Assembly (NCBI GenBank): GCA_040772485.1
Contig: JAXGYC010000007.1
Span: 160,001 to 224,000, forward strand
Direction of reading: 5' to 3'
Origin: Sedimentisphaerales bacterium
GTDB lineage: Bacteria; Planctomycetota; Phycisphaerae; Sedimentisphaerales; Anaerobacaceae
Length of the DNA: 64,000 nt
The number at the start of each line of letters is the position of its first letter. Positions within the stretch are counted from its first letter, which is position 1. The position numbers and the translations under genes were made by a program. The notes beneath the pieces were generated by a model. It was not told the origin of the DNA and made no database searches. It worked only from the letters and a program-made list of their open reading frames with translations. Of the stretch, positions 39,131-49,639 are shown one piece after another.

Positions 39131-40825
39131 TCACAGACGGCCGCTCCGAGAGATGGAAATCAGTAACCAGATGCCGATGACGGCGGCGATGACATAACCG
39201 ACGATGCCCATCGTCTGCAAGCGAAACAGGCCCAGCACCGTGCCCTGCTGGGCCACGAGCATGCTCGAGGCCACGAGCAGCGCGGCGGTAATCAGGGCGA
39301 AACTCATCCGATTCGAGCTTCTGTCCACCGTCTTGGCCAGATTCTCCAGGTGCTCGTGGTGGACCCGGACCTGGAACCGCCCCTGGCGGAACTTGCTCAG
39401 GATCACGTTGACGTCTTCCGGCAGCCGCATGACCAGGTCGCCGGCATCCTGGACCACCTGGCGCATCTGCCGCACGAGGCGCTTGGGCTCCAGGTCGCGC
39501 AGCATCGCCCGGCGAGCGTACGGCTTCATCGCCTCCATGATGTTGAAATCCGGGTCCAGCGACCGGGCAAAGGACTCCACCGTCGCCAACGTCTTGAGCA
39601 TCAGCGTGAACTGCGCCGGCGAGCGAACGGCGTTCATGCGAAACAGGTCGAACGTCCGCGTCACCACCGTGCCGAATGCAATGTTCTTCAGGGGCAAATT
39701 CCGGTACGTGTCGATCAGTTGCTCCATATCGCCGGTCAGCTTGTTCAGATCCGTCCGCTCATCCGTCATTTCCTCCCGTTCCAGACAGCGGATCACCCGC
39801 GAGCTTTCGTTCTCCACGATCGCCAGGATGATCTCGTTGAACAGCCGGCGATACTGCGAACTCATCCGCGCGACCTGTCCGAAGTCGATGGGGGCCAGCA
39901 CGTTGTCAGGCAACAGAAAGAAATTGCCGGGATGAGGATCGGTGTGGAAGAAGCCCAGCTCGAAAATCTGGCGGAGCACGAAATCGGCCCCGCGCTGGGC
40001 CACGAGCCGGCAGTCAATCCCCCGCTCGGCCAGCAGTTGCGGATCGGCGGGTTTGATTCCGTCGATGTACTCCATCGTGAGCACGCCGTTGGTGCAGTAC
40101 TTCTCGTAAACCTTCGGGATATGGACGGTCGGGTCGTCCCTGAAATTGGCCGCGAAACGCAGTTGATTGCGGCGCTCGTCGGCGAGGTTCGTTTCAGCGG
40201 CCACGGCCTCGACAAACTCCTTGACCATCTGCCGCGGATCGACGGTTTCGTGTTCAAAAAGGGTAACTTTGAGAATTGCGGTAAGCTCTTCGAGAATATC
40301 GCATTCGGCATGGATGATTTCGACGATGCCCGGCCGGCGGACCTTGATGACCACCGAATCGCCCTCTTTCGTCGTGGCGCGATGGACTTGGGCGATACTG
40401 CCGGCCGCGAGCGGCTCGGTGTCGAAGCCGGCGAAGATGTCTTCGAGCTTGCCGTCGAGCTGGTATTCAATCTCGGCGCGGATCCGCTTGAACGGTTCCG
40501 GCTTGACCTGGTCCTGCAACCGCTCGAACTCGTGGACATACTCGGCCGGCACGATGTCCGGACGCGTGCTCAGCAACTGCCCGAATTTGATGAACGTGGG
40601 GCCCAGTTCTTCCAGGGCCAGTCGGACCCGTTGCGGGCGGCTCTGCCCAACGGCCGCCCGCTTGACGCGCAGCGGCGCCGCCTGTTCGCCCAGACGCACG
40701 AGCAGCCGGGCGCGCAGCGCCTCGGCGACCTCTTCCAGGCCATACTTCATCAGCACGGCCATGATGTGCCGGTACCGGCGCAGCCGCTGCAGCCGACTTC
40801 TGAAACGAGGCCGCCACACGGTCAA
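39131..40825 (-). CDS. AarF/UbiB (ABC1) atypical kinase
   Basis: LGPTFIKFGQLLSTRPD, PLAAGSIAQVH, FFHTDPHPGN, IDFG, C-terminal TM segments. Confidence 0.93.
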   Translation of the reverse strand: MTVWRPRFRSRLQRLRRYRHIMAVLMKYGLEEVAEALRARLLVRLGEQAAPLRVKRAAVGQSRPQRVRLALEELGPTFIKFGQLLSTRPDIVPAEYVHEFERLQDQVKPEPFKRIRAEIEYQLDGKLEDIFAGFDTEPLAAGSIAQVHRATTKEGDSVVIKVRRPGIVEIIHAECDILEELTAILKVTLFEHETVDPRQMVKEFVEAVAAETNLADERRNQLRFAANFRDDPTVHIPKVYEKYCTNGVLTMEYIDGIKPADPQLLAERGIDCRLVAQRGADFVLRQIFELGFFHTDPHPGNFFLLPDNVLAPIDFGQVARMSSQYRRLFNEIILAIVENESSRVIRCLEREEMTDERTDLNKLTGDMEQLIDTYRNLPLKNIAFGTVVTRTFDLFRMNAVRSPAQFTLMLKTLATVESFARSLDPDFNIMEAMKPYARRAMLRDLEPKRLVRQMRQVVQDAGDLVMRLPEDVNVILSKFRQGRFQVRVHHEHLENLAKTVDRSSNRMSFALITAALLVASSMLVAQQGTVLGLFRLQTMGIVGYVIAAVIGIWLLISISRSGRL

Positions 40826-40830
40826 GGCGA

Positions 40831-41121
40831 CTACCCCTTGGACAGCAACTGGTCGAGCTTCTGCTCGATGCGACGGACATCGTCCTGTGTGGCCAGATGC
40901 AGCGTCGTGACCGTTTCCTGCACCTGTTTGGAGATCATCTTCTCCAACTCACTGCGTGTCCGCTCGGCGCTGTCCATCACTTCCTTCACGAATCCGCTGC
41001 GGTTCTCCCGCTCGGCCCTTCCCTTGCTGACGTACTCGTCGAACATCTGTTCGGCGCGTTCGCGCGTCATGGATACCGCTCCCAGGCCGGCCAACATCAC
41101 CTTGTCCAGTGTTTCAAACAT
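40831..41121 (-). CDS. Phasin-family / PHA granule-associated-like protein
   Basis: DKVMLAGLGAVSMTRERAE..DEYVSKG...LATQDDVRRIEQKLD. GGGAGG RBS; commonly paired with AarF. Confidence 0.8.
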   Translation of the reverse strand: MFETLDKVMLAGLGAVSMTRERAEQMFDEYVSKGRAERENRSGFVKEVMDSAERTRSELEKMISKQVQETVTTLHLATQDDVRRIEQKLDQLLSKG

Positions 41122-41911
41122 TGCGCAATCCTCCCGATTCATGGTTTGTCCGGTTCGTTGTTCTCGTTTGTTCACCGTCTTGGTGCGATTATAGGGTTCG
41201 TTTGTCCGGGGACAAGCGCAACCTTTGCCCGGCGCCAAAGACATCGCTCGCGGTCTACCCCGGCGCGCTCTTTCAGACACGACGATCTGTCACGCTTGCA
41301 CCGACATCGCCTGCTTGACCTGCTGTCCACTGCTTTGCCGAAAAGCCCGACAAACATCCTGGTCTTCCCGAATTGCCACAGTCTGCGGCAATTCGGAGGT
41401 TTCGGCCAATTCGGCACCGCTCTCGGCACTAGCCGACGACAAACCACTGTGAGCTGCGCGGGCAGGCCCTCCTGCGGCCGGTCCGGGTTGCGGCATTGTG
41501 TCACATCCTCAAATGCGATTTACCTTTCCCTGCCCGTCGAGCATCTGCTGCACAGCCTTGCATTTTCCGACAGGCTGTCGTGCGTGGGGCTTCACACGAC
41601 ATGCGAGAACCCGATATCCGACAGCACCACCATCTCTGTTGTGTGACACGCCGAACGGCTCGCGTGTGTGCGGCCATCCGGCATCCGGCGGCGCGCCTCA
41701 TCCACCGGCCGGAGAAATTCCCCACCGCGTGACAAATTAGCGAACATTGCCCTTGACCTTGCACGTATAGGTGATAATTTCAATCTTGTCAATTTCTGCG
41801 ACGTCAGAGAATGAGCATTCCCGTCGCGAAAGAACCCGAGCGAGCAGAGTGAGAGAGCGCCGGGGACAGGCCTCTCTTCGGTTACTGGTCTTACCCAGGA
41901 AGGAACGGACA

Positions 41912-43189
41912 ATGAAGATAAGAACACTCATGCTTGGCTGGGAGTTCCCGCCGTTCATCAGCGGCGGCTTAGGCACAGCATGTCTGGGACTGACCCGCGC
42001 GATGGATCGCCTGGGCATGCCCATCATCTTCGTGCTCCCGAAGGCCAAGCCGATGCGTGTGTCCGGCGGCCTGATCCCGGGATTCTACGGGGAGGGCGCC
42101 ACCGGATTCGCGTTTCAGAACGTGCAGTTTCGCCCGGTCCCGGCCGTTCTGAGACCGTACTCCTCTGCGGCCCAGCTTGCGTCGGGGACCGCGCTCGGCG
42201 AAGAGATGGATGGGGCCGGCCTTTCGGACGACGACCTCGAATCCGGCGGTCAGGGCAATTATGGCGCGGACATCTATGCGGAGGTCGCTCGTTATACCCG
42301 AAAGGTCCTGGCCCTGGGACTGACCGAGCATTTCGATCTGATCCACGCGCACGACTGGATGACGTTTCCGGCCGGCGTGGCCTTGGCCCAGCAGAGCGGC
42401 AAACCCCTCGTGATCCAGGTCCACTCGACGGAGTTCGATCGCAGTGGCGAGCACGTCAACCAGTACGTCTACGACATCGAACGCCATGCCATGCACGCGG
42501 CCGCCCGCATCATCGCGGTCAGCAACTACACGCGGAACATCATCATCAGCCGCTATGGCGTCCCGGCCGAGAAAGTCGAGGTCGTCTACAACGGGGTCGA
42601 ACACCACAACGGTTCCTGGTCTTCCTCGCGCCAGACCTGGCCGGCCAAGACGGACAAGATCGTTCTGTTCCTCGGGCGGATCACCATGCAGAAAGGACCG
42701 GAATACTTCCTGCACGCCGCCAGGAGAGTCCTGGAGAAGATCGACAACGTCAAGTTCATCATGGCCGGCGACGGCGACATGCTCTACCGCAGCATCGAGC
42801 TGGCCGCCCAACTGGGGATCGGCAACCGCGTCCTGTTCACCCGGTTCCTGCGCGGAGACGACGTCCGCAAAGTCTATCAGATGGCGGACCTCTATGTGAT
42901 GCCCTCCGTTTCGGAGCCGTTCGGCATCGCCCCTCTTGAGGCGCTCCAGCACGACGTGCCGGTCCTGTTGAGCAAGCAGAGCGGCATCGCCGAGGCCTTT
43001 CGCAACGCCCTGAAGGTGGACTTCTGGGATGTCCAGGAAATGGCCAACAAGATGATCGCCGTATTGCGGCATCCTCCTCTCCAACAGATGCTGCGCACCG
43101 AGGGGCACAGGGAGGCGCTGAAATTCCGTTGGGAGGACTCCGCCGCTCGGATGAATGAAATCTACCACGAGACGCTGGGCGTCGCATAG
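41912..43189 (+). CDS. Glycosyltransferase family 4 (glycogen synthase-like)
   Basis: MLGWEFPPFISGGLG, IHAHDWMT, GRITMQKGPEYF, PSVSEPFGIAPLEA. Confidence 0.92.
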   Translation: MKIRTLMLGWEFPPFISGGLGTACLGLTRAMDRLGMPIIFVLPKAKPMRVSGGLIPGFYGEGATGFAFQNVQFRPVPAVLRPYSSAAQLASGTALGEEMDGAGLSDDDLESGGQGNYGADIYAEVARYTRKVLALGLTEHFDLIHAHDWMTFPAGVALAQQSGKPLVIQVHSTEFDRSGEHVNQYVYDIERHAMHAAARIIAVSNYTRNIIISRYGVPAEKVEVVYNGVEHHNGSWSSSRQTWPAKTDKIVLFLGRITMQKGPEYFLHAARRVLEKIDNVKFIMAGDGDMLYRSIELAAQLGIGNRVLFTRFLRGDDVRKVYQMADLYVMPSVSEPFGIAPLEALQHDVPVLLSKQSGIAEAFRNALKVDFWDVQEMANKMIAVLRHPPLQQMLRTEGHREALKFRWEDSAARMNEIYHETLGVA

Positions 43190-43212
43190 GCGAACAGTGA
43201 GGGGAGATCTCC

Positions 43213-44481
43213 ATGGCCTCGGTGTGTTTCTATTTTCAGGTCCATCAACCCTATCGGTTACGACATTACACGATCTTCGACACGGCCGGCGACTACTTCG
43301 ACGGTTTCAAGAACGCCGAGATCTGCCGCAAGGTCGCGCGCAAGTGTTATCTGCCAACCAATCGGGTCCTTCAGGAACTCATCGAGCGGCACGGACGGCA
43401 GTTCAAAGTCTCTTTCAGCATCACCGGAACGGTGCTGGAGCAGTTCGCCGAGTACGCCCCGGAGGTCCTGGCCAGTTTCCAGTACCTGGCGGCCACCGGC
43501 TGCGTCGAGTTCCTGTGCGAGACGTACCACCACAGCCTGAGCTTCCTGTTCTCCCCGGACGAGTTCGTCCGTCAGGTCGTGGCGCACCGGCAACTGATCC
43601 GCGACCTGTTCGGCCAGACGCCGCAGGTCTTCCGCAACACCGAACTGATCTACAACAACCAGGTCGCCGAGGCGGTCGCCCGGATCGGCGGCTTCAAGGC
43701 GATCCTCGCCGAAGGAGCGGACCACATCCTCGGCTATCGCAGCCCCAACTATGTCTACAGGCCCCCGAGCGCACCGGGGCTCAAGCTGCTCCTGAAGAAC
43801 TACCGTCTCAGCGACGACGTCGCCTTCCGATTCTCCAACCGGTACTGGAGCGAGTGGCCGCTCAGCGTCGGCAAGTTCGGCCAGTGGGTCAACGCGGTCA
43901 ACGGCAACGGATACGTGGTCAATCTGTTCGTGGACTACGAGACCTTCGGCGAGCATCAGTGGGAGGACACCGGCATCTTCGACTTCCTTCGAGAGCTGCC
44001 GACGGAAATCCTCAAGCACCCCGACAATGACTTCAAGACCCCGGGCGAGGTGGCCGACGCCTATGAGGCGGCGGACGTCGTCGACGTGCCCCACCTGGTC
44101 AGTTGGGCCGACACGGAGCGCGATCTGTCCGCCTGGCTGGGCAACGCCATGCAGCAGAACGCCATCGCGGAACTCTACCGGATGGAGCAGGCCGTCAGAG
44201 ACAGCGGCGATCCGGACCTGCTGCGCGATTGGCGCAGGCTCCAGACCTCGGATCACTTCTACTACATGTGCACAAAATACTTCGCCGACGGCGACGTCCA
44301 CAAGTACTTCAACCCCTACGATACACCCTACGACTCGTACATCAACTTCATGAACGTCTTGGACCACTTGAGGTCCCGTTGCGGCGTGCGAGGCGTCGCA
44401 GGGCCACCGACGGGCCGTCTGGTGGCAACCAGGGACGTCAGGAGCCGCCGGCACGCGGCGGACGAGTCCGTCGCCGTATAG
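43213..44481 (+). CDS. Glycoside hydrolase family 57 (alpha-amylase-like)
   Basis: YFQVHQP, ETYHHSL, FRNTEL, DYETFGEH, SWADTERD, QTSDHFYYM. Confidence 0.93.
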   Translation: MASVCFYFQVHQPYRLRHYTIFDTAGDYFDGFKNAEICRKVARKCYLPTNRVLQELIERHGRQFKVSFSITGTVLEQFAEYAPEVLASFQYLAATGCVEFLCETYHHSLSFLFSPDEFVRQVVAHRQLIRDLFGQTPQVFRNTELIYNNQVAEAVARIGGFKAILAEGADHILGYRSPNYVYRPPSAPGLKLLLKNYRLSDDVAFRFSNRYWSEWPLSVGKFGQWVNAVNGNGYVVNLFVDYETFGEHQWEDTGIFDFLRELPTEILKHPDNDFKTPGEVADAYEAADVVDVPHLVSWADTERDLSAWLGNAMQQNAIAELYRMEQAVRDSGDPDLLRDWRRLQTSDHFYYMCTKYFADGDVHKYFNPYDTPYDSYINFMNVLDHLRSRCGVRGVAGPPTGRLVATRDVRSRRHAADESVAV

Positions 44482-44575
44482 CCACCGCACGCGCGGTCCT
44501 CGTCCATCGTCCTGTCGAGCCATGAACAGCCCTTCCGTCACTGCTCGCCGGCCCGTGCTCACATCGCAAAGTCCG

Positions 44576-44604
44576 TTGACAAATACGCGGATGGGCGGTA
44601 AAAT
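44576..44604 (+). promoter_or_regulatory. Near-consensus sigma70 promoter
   Basis: TTGACA, 17 nt spacer, TAAAAT, about 40 nt upstream of the MBL gene ATG. Confidence 0.75.
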
Positions 44605-44643
44605 AGCGTTTTTGCCGTGACTATCGTACAGGGGATACAGCCC

Positions 44644-46050
44644 ATGCAGATCAAGCTACGCTTCCTGGGGGCGGCGCAGAACGTCACCGGGTCACGCCAC
44701 ATGCTCGAAGTCAACGGAACGCGGCTGCTGATCGACTGCGGCCTGTATCAGGAACGACAGTTCAAGGAGCGCAACTGGGAGCCGTTCGACTTCCCGGCCT
44801 CCAGCATCGACGCGGTGCTCCTGACCCACGCCCACCTGGACCATTGCGGCCTGCTGCCCAAGCTGGTCAAGGAAGGATTCGCCGGACCGGTGTACTGCAC
44901 CGCCGCGACCGCCGAGATCGCCCGCATCATCATGCTGGACTCCGCCCGGCTCCAGGAAGAAGACGCCGAATATAAGCGCAAACGACACGAGCGGGAGGGA
45001 CGCAAAGGGCCGTATCCCGTCGTCCCGCTCTATACAACCGCCGACGCCGAGGCGACCGGGCCCCTGTTCAGGAAGGTCCGGTACAACACCCCCGTAGAGA
45101 TCGGCGACGGCATCACCGCCACGTTCTGCGAGGCCGGCCACGTTCTGGGCTCGGCGATTATCCACGTGTGCATCCAGAAGAATGGCGAAACCCGCAGCGT
45201 GCTGTTCAGCGGCGACGTGGGCCGCCCGAATCAGCCCATCGTGCGTGATCCGGCGGAGGTGAATGAGGCCGACTACATTCTGGTGGAGTCCACCTACGGC
45301 GACCGTGTTCATCGCGAGCACACAGACATCAAGGCCGATATCGCCGAGGTCATCAACACCACGAAGGCCGCCGGCGGCAACATCGTCGTGCCCAGTTTCG
45401 CCCTGGAGCGGTCGCAGGATCTGCTCTACTACATCAACGAGCTGCTGGCGGAGGATGCGATCCCCCACTTGATGGTCTTCCTCGACAGTCCGATGGCCGG
45501 TGCGATCACCAAGGTGTTCAAGCGCCACAGCGAGCTGTTTGACGAAGAGATGACCGAACACGTGGACAACGGACGATCCCCCTTCACGTTTGAGGGTCTG
45601 CACATCATCCAGACGGCCACGGAATCGAAGGCCATCAACCACATCCGCGGCACAGCCATCATTATCGCCGGCTCGGGCATGTGCACGGGCGGACGAATCA
45701 AGCACCACCTCGTCAACAACATCGAGCGGCCGGAAAGCACAATCATGTTCGTGGGCTATCAGGCCATTGGCACGCTGGGCCGGCGAATCGTCGATGGAGA
45801 CAAAGAGGTCCGAATCCTCGGCGAGACCCGCCAGGTCAACGCAAGGGTCGTGCAGATCCACGGCATGAGCGCCCACGCCGACAAAGAGGAGCTGCTGCGC
45901 TGGCTCGGCTCACTGAAGAACCACCCGAAGAAGATCTTCGTCGTGCACGGCGAGTCGGAGAGCGCCAAGAGCTTCGGCGCCTACCTCCAGGAGAAGACCG
46001 GCTGGGACGTGATGGTACCCCAGTTCAAAGACGAGGTGGTTCTCGACTGA
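44644..46050 (+). CDS. MBL-fold beta-CASP ribonuclease (Ysh1/CPSF-like)
   Basis: THAHLDH, AGHVLGS, FSGD, ESTYG, SGMCTGGRIKHH, SAHAD, VHGE. Confidence 0.93.
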   Translation: MQIKLRFLGAAQNVTGSRHMLEVNGTRLLIDCGLYQERQFKERNWEPFDFPASSIDAVLLTHAHLDHCGLLPKLVKEGFAGPVYCTAATAEIARIIMLDSARLQEEDAEYKRKRHEREGRKGPYPVVPLYTTADAEATGPLFRKVRYNTPVEIGDGITATFCEAGHVLGSAIIHVCIQKNGETRSVLFSGDVGRPNQPIVRDPAEVNEADYILVESTYGDRVHREHTDIKADIAEVINTTKAAGGNIVVPSFALERSQDLLYYINELLAEDAIPHLMVFLDSPMAGAITKVFKRHSELFDEEMTEHVDNGRSPFTFEGLHIIQTATESKAINHIRGTAIIIAGSGMCTGGRIKHHLVNNIERPESTIMFVGYQAIGTLGRRIVDGDKEVRILGETRQVNARVVQIHGMSAHADKEELLRWLGSLKNHPKKIFVVHGESESAKSFGAYLQEKTGWDVMVPQFKDEVVLD

Positions 46051-46100
46051 CGCCGGCGGCGCACCGAGGACACTCGATTTCACGAAAAGGAGGATGTGAA

Positions 46101-47327
46101 ATGGGCCGACGGTTGTGTGGAGCATTCGTTGCATCTCTCTGCCTGATCGCTTGCTGTTACAGCGACGGTGCGGTGGTCGAATTCCCCGACGTGTCGCCCT
46201 GCCGGGCGCTGACGAACGGGCCGAAGGAGCATCTGCTCGCCAGTTACTACGGGATCAACTCGTGGGACCTCTCCCAGCGATACGTGACGGTGCTCCAGAC
46301 GCTTGTCAAGGACCGGATCCCGACGGAGAAAGATCCGGCGACGCTGGCCCTGGTCGATGTGCGGACGAAGGAATTCATCCCGCTGGCTCAGACGCGGGCG
46401 TGGAACTTCCAGCAGGGAAGCATGGCCCACTGGCTGGGCACAGCGCCGGATTCACAGATCATCTACAACGACCTCCGCGACGGGCGATTCGTGTCGGTCG
46501 TGATGGACGTCCACACGAAGCGGGAACTGAAGGTGATCGACTACCCCGTCAGCGCCGTTTCGCCCGACGGCAAGGAAGCCATCAGCATCAACTTCGCACG
46601 GTTGCGCATCACGAGGCCCGATTACGGTTACGGCGGCGACGGGCAAAACGCCCGCCGAACTGTCCAGTTCCCCGAGGACGACGGGCTGTTCCTTGTCGAT
46701 CTCGAAACCGGCAAGGCCAGGCTTCTGGTTTCCATCGCCCAAGTCCGGTCGCTGGTGCCCGAGGTGCCGGCCGAAGGGATCGAGTATTTCAACCACACAC
46801 TGTTCAGCCGGGACGGCAGCAAGATCTTCTGGCTGGCCAGGGCCACGCCGAACCGCAACACCACCTCGTTGACCGTCCATTGGGACGGCTCGAACCTGCG
46901 GCGGTGCTTTCCCGACGGCTGGGGCGGATCGCATTTCGACTGGCTCGACGGCGACAGGCTCATGATCACCGCTGCCTACGATGCGAAGGTCTATTGCCAT
47001 GTCCTCTTTACCGTTGGACAGAGCGACTACCAGCGGCTCGGCAACGGTCTGCTCGACTACGACGGCCACGGCACGTTCTCGCCCGACGGCCGCTGGATGG
47101 TCACTGACACCTACCCGGCCGGCCAGCTCCACGAGCAGAAGCTCCATCTGATGGACATGAAGACGCAGGCGGTGCTGCCGCTGGGACGATTCGTCGAGCC
47201 CCCGGAGTTCAAAGAAGGATGGCGATGCGATCTGCACCCGCGCTGGAGCCCCCGGGGCGACATGATCGCGTTCAATTCCACCTGTACCGGCAGCCGGCAG
47301 ATCTATTTGTTCGACCTGAAATGGTAG
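46101..47327 (+). CDS. Secreted beta-propeller protein (TolB/oligogalacturonate-lyase-like)
   Basis: RBS AGGAGG, signal peptide, AWNFQQGS, SPDG repeats, RCDLHPRWS. Confidence 0.75.
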   Translation: MGRRLCGAFVASLCLIACCYSDGAVVEFPDVSPCRALTNGPKEHLLASYYGINSWDLSQRYVTVLQTLVKDRIPTEKDPATLALVDVRTKEFIPLAQTRAWNFQQGSMAHWLGTAPDSQIIYNDLRDGRFVSVVMDVHTKRELKVIDYPVSAVSPDGKEAISINFARLRITRPDYGYGGDGQNARRTVQFPEDDGLFLVDLETGKARLLVSIAQVRSLVPEVPAEGIEYFNHTLFSRDGSKIFWLARATPNRNTTSLTVHWDGSNLRRCFPDGWGGSHFDWLDGDRLMITAAYDAKVYCHVLFTVGQSDYQRLGNGLLDYDGHGTFSPDGRWMVTDTYPAGQLHEQKLHLMDMKTQAVLPLGRFVEPPEFKEGWRCDLHPRWSPRGDMIAFNSTCTGSRQIYLFDLKW

Positions 47328-47376
47328 CGCCATCCCCAAGTCCTGCGGACTTGAGGCTGCCACACAGACACGTTCC

Positions 47377-49566
47377 TTGATGGGAAACCGAATGCGACTG
47401 CCGATGTGCCAATGGCATCCCATGCTTCACTCTGCATGGGTGATCCTCTTCTCCTGTTGCGCGGTCTTCGGTGTCGAATCGACGGCACAGATGCGAAGCG
47501 ACTTCCGCGACCCGCCAGTGCGGGATTGGCCGCGGCCGCTGTGGTTCTGGAACGACACCGAGGTCACGACCCCTGGCGTTCGCGAACAGATGCGGAAATC
47601 GAAAGAGCTCAGCAAGTACGGCGGGTTCGGCATTCTGCCATTCGGAAAGGATTTCCGCCCCGACTACCTGAGCGAGGAATATTTCGCGCTCTACGGCGTA
47701 GCGCTGGAGCAGGCCCGCCGCCTGGGCATGACCATGTCGCTCTACGATGAGTACGGCTTCCCCAGCGGCTCGGCCGGAGCGCCCAATTCGCGCGACACGA
47801 GCCTTTTCCAGCGGAAACACCCCAACCTGACGCTCAAACGGCTGGACAAGCATGAGCAGACCGTTGCCGGACCGAGCGCGTACGAAGCCACCATCCCGTC
47901 GGGAACGCTCATGAGCGTCGTGGCGATGAACACGACCACGCTCGAACGGATACACCTGACAGACGCGGCGGACAGTCGCTCGCTCCGATGGGACGTCCCG
48001 CAAGGCACGTGGAAGGTCATGGTCTTCGTCTGTGTGACGGATGGCTATCCCTGCTGCGACTATCTCGATCCTGAGGCGGCCGACAGGTTCATCGAGATGA
48101 CGCACCAGGCCTACTACGACCGCTTCGAAGATCACTTCGGCACGACCATCGATTCGACGTTCTACGATGAGCCCACGCTCTATCGAGGCGAGGGCCGGAC
48201 CTGGACGGATCGGTTCAACGAGAAATTCGAGCGAAGGCACGGTTTCGACCCAAGACCCTATTACCCGGCCCTGTGGTACGACATCGGAACCGACACCCAA
48301 GCGGCGCGCAACTACCTGTTCGGATTTCGCACCGCGCTCTACGCCCTGGGCTTTCCCAAGCGGATACAGGACTGGTGCGACGAGCACGGCATCGAAGCAA
48401 CCGGCCACCAGGATCAGGAAGAGGTCGCCAATCCGGTCAGCGTGTCGGGGGATCTGATGAAATGCTTCCAGCGCCAGGCCATTCCGGGCGTCGACAAGAT
48501 CGGTGGCGACCGCCCCGCCGAACGCGTGTACAAGGTGGTCAGTTCGGCCGCGTACAACTGGGACAAGGCCCTGGTCATGTCCGAAACGTACGGCGCGATG
48601 GGCGACCTGGACTGGAACGAGATGTACGCCGTCGCGCTGGAGCAATACACGAAAGGGATCAACCTGCTCATCCCGCACGCGGTCTGGTACGACGACGCAC
48701 ACGTCACATTCAAGCCGGAACTGTCGTATCGCAGCCCCATCTACGCCGAGGGATTGCCCGGATTCAACACCTGCCTCGCCCGACTCAATGTCATGCTGCA
48801 AAGCGACGCCCGCCACGTCGCCGATATCGCCGTCCTCTACCCCATCGCCACCCTTCAGGGCAGCCACCACCTCGACGGCCCGCTCGGCTATTACCAGGGC
48901 GGCGTCGCGGTGCCCGAGGCCGACTATCTCGACGTGGGCGAGACGCTGATCGCCGCCGGCCGCGACTACACATTCCTCCATCCTGATGTCCTCGATGAGC
49001 GATGCACGATCGAAGACAACGAACTCCTCCTGAAGAACGAGATTCACCCAGGACGGTTCAAGGTGCTCGTGCTCCCGGGCCACAAGACCATCCGCTGGAG
49101 CAATCTTCGGAAGATCAAGGCCTTCCATGACGCCGGCGGCAAGGTCATCGCCACGGGCGAACTACCCCAGAAGTCGGCCGAGTTTGGCCACGATGCCGAC
49201 GTCGCCGGCGCAATCGCGACAATGTTTGCGAAGAAGCCGGATGCTGCGACTCTACGAGAGCGGCTGGACAATGCACTGGCCGTCTACGACGTAGAATGCG
49301 AAGGAGGCCGCCCGCCCCGCTACATCCACAAGGTCAAGGACGAGGTCCACATCTACTTGTTCGCCAATATCGAACCGACCGCCCTGGACACGCATATGCG
49401 GCTGCGCGGCCGGCTGGAACTCGAAGCCTGGGACCCCCATACAGGAAATGTCCAGCCCGCCCAGTATACACACGAGATCGAAGGCGACTGCACCGTGACC
49501 AGCGTCCGATTGGCCCTGCCCCCCGTTCGATCGCTCTTCTTTCTCGGCAGACAGAGCGAAGGGTAG
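47377..49566 (+). CDS. Secreted glycoside hydrolase, GH106 (alpha-L-rhamnosidase)-like
   Basis: FRDPP..PRPLWFWN, LYDEYGFPSG, DYLDP, FYDEP, MSETYGA. True start may be ATG 47422. Confidence 0.72.
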   Translation: MMGNRMRLPMCQWHPMLHSAWVILFSCCAVFGVESTAQMRSDFRDPPVRDWPRPLWFWNDTEVTTPGVREQMRKSKELSKYGGFGILPFGKDFRPDYLSEEYFALYGVALEQARRLGMTMSLYDEYGFPSGSAGAPNSRDTSLFQRKHPNLTLKRLDKHEQTVAGPSAYEATIPSGTLMSVVAMNTTTLERIHLTDAADSRSLRWDVPQGTWKVMVFVCVTDGYPCCDYLDPEAADRFIEMTHQAYYDRFEDHFGTTIDSTFYDEPTLYRGEGRTWTDRFNEKFERRHGFDPRPYYPALWYDIGTDTQAARNYLFGFRTALYALGFPKRIQDWCDEHGIEATGHQDQEEVANPVSVSGDLMKCFQRQAIPGVDKIGGDRPAERVYKVVSSAAYNWDKALVMSETYGAMGDLDWNEMYAVALEQYTKGINLLIPHAVWYDDAHVTFKPELSYRSPIYAEGLPGFNTCLARLNVMLQSDARHVADIAVLYPIATLQGSHHLDGPLGYYQGGVAVPEADYLDVGETLIAAGRDYTFLHPDVLDERCTIEDNELLLKNEIHPGRFKVLVLPGHKTIRWSNLRKIKAFHDAGGKVIATGELPQKSAEFGHDADVAGAIATMFAKKPDAATLRERLDNALAVYDVECEGGRPPRYIHKVKDEVHIYLFANIEPTALDTHMRLRGRLELEAWDPHTGNVQPAQYTHEIEGDCTVTSVRLALPPVRSLFFLGRQSEG

Positions 49567-49639
49567 TCGCGAGGATCTCCTGCCGAATTTCGGCGCTTTT
49601 CAGTTGCCCGCCCGGTCGTGACAGATTACAGTGACCACC

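Noticed and set aside
41122..41911. Sigma54 promoter / enhancer sites or ORFs in the phasin-GT4 divergent spacer
   Set aside because: A near-palindrome TGCCACAGTCTGCGGCA and GTGACA repeats were noted, but the GGCAC element lacks correct -24/-12 spacing and the ORFs have no support.
45681..46100. N-terminal extension of the beta-propeller ORF
   Set aside because: It overlaps the MBL gene; the AGGAGG RBS and signal peptide point to ATG 46101.
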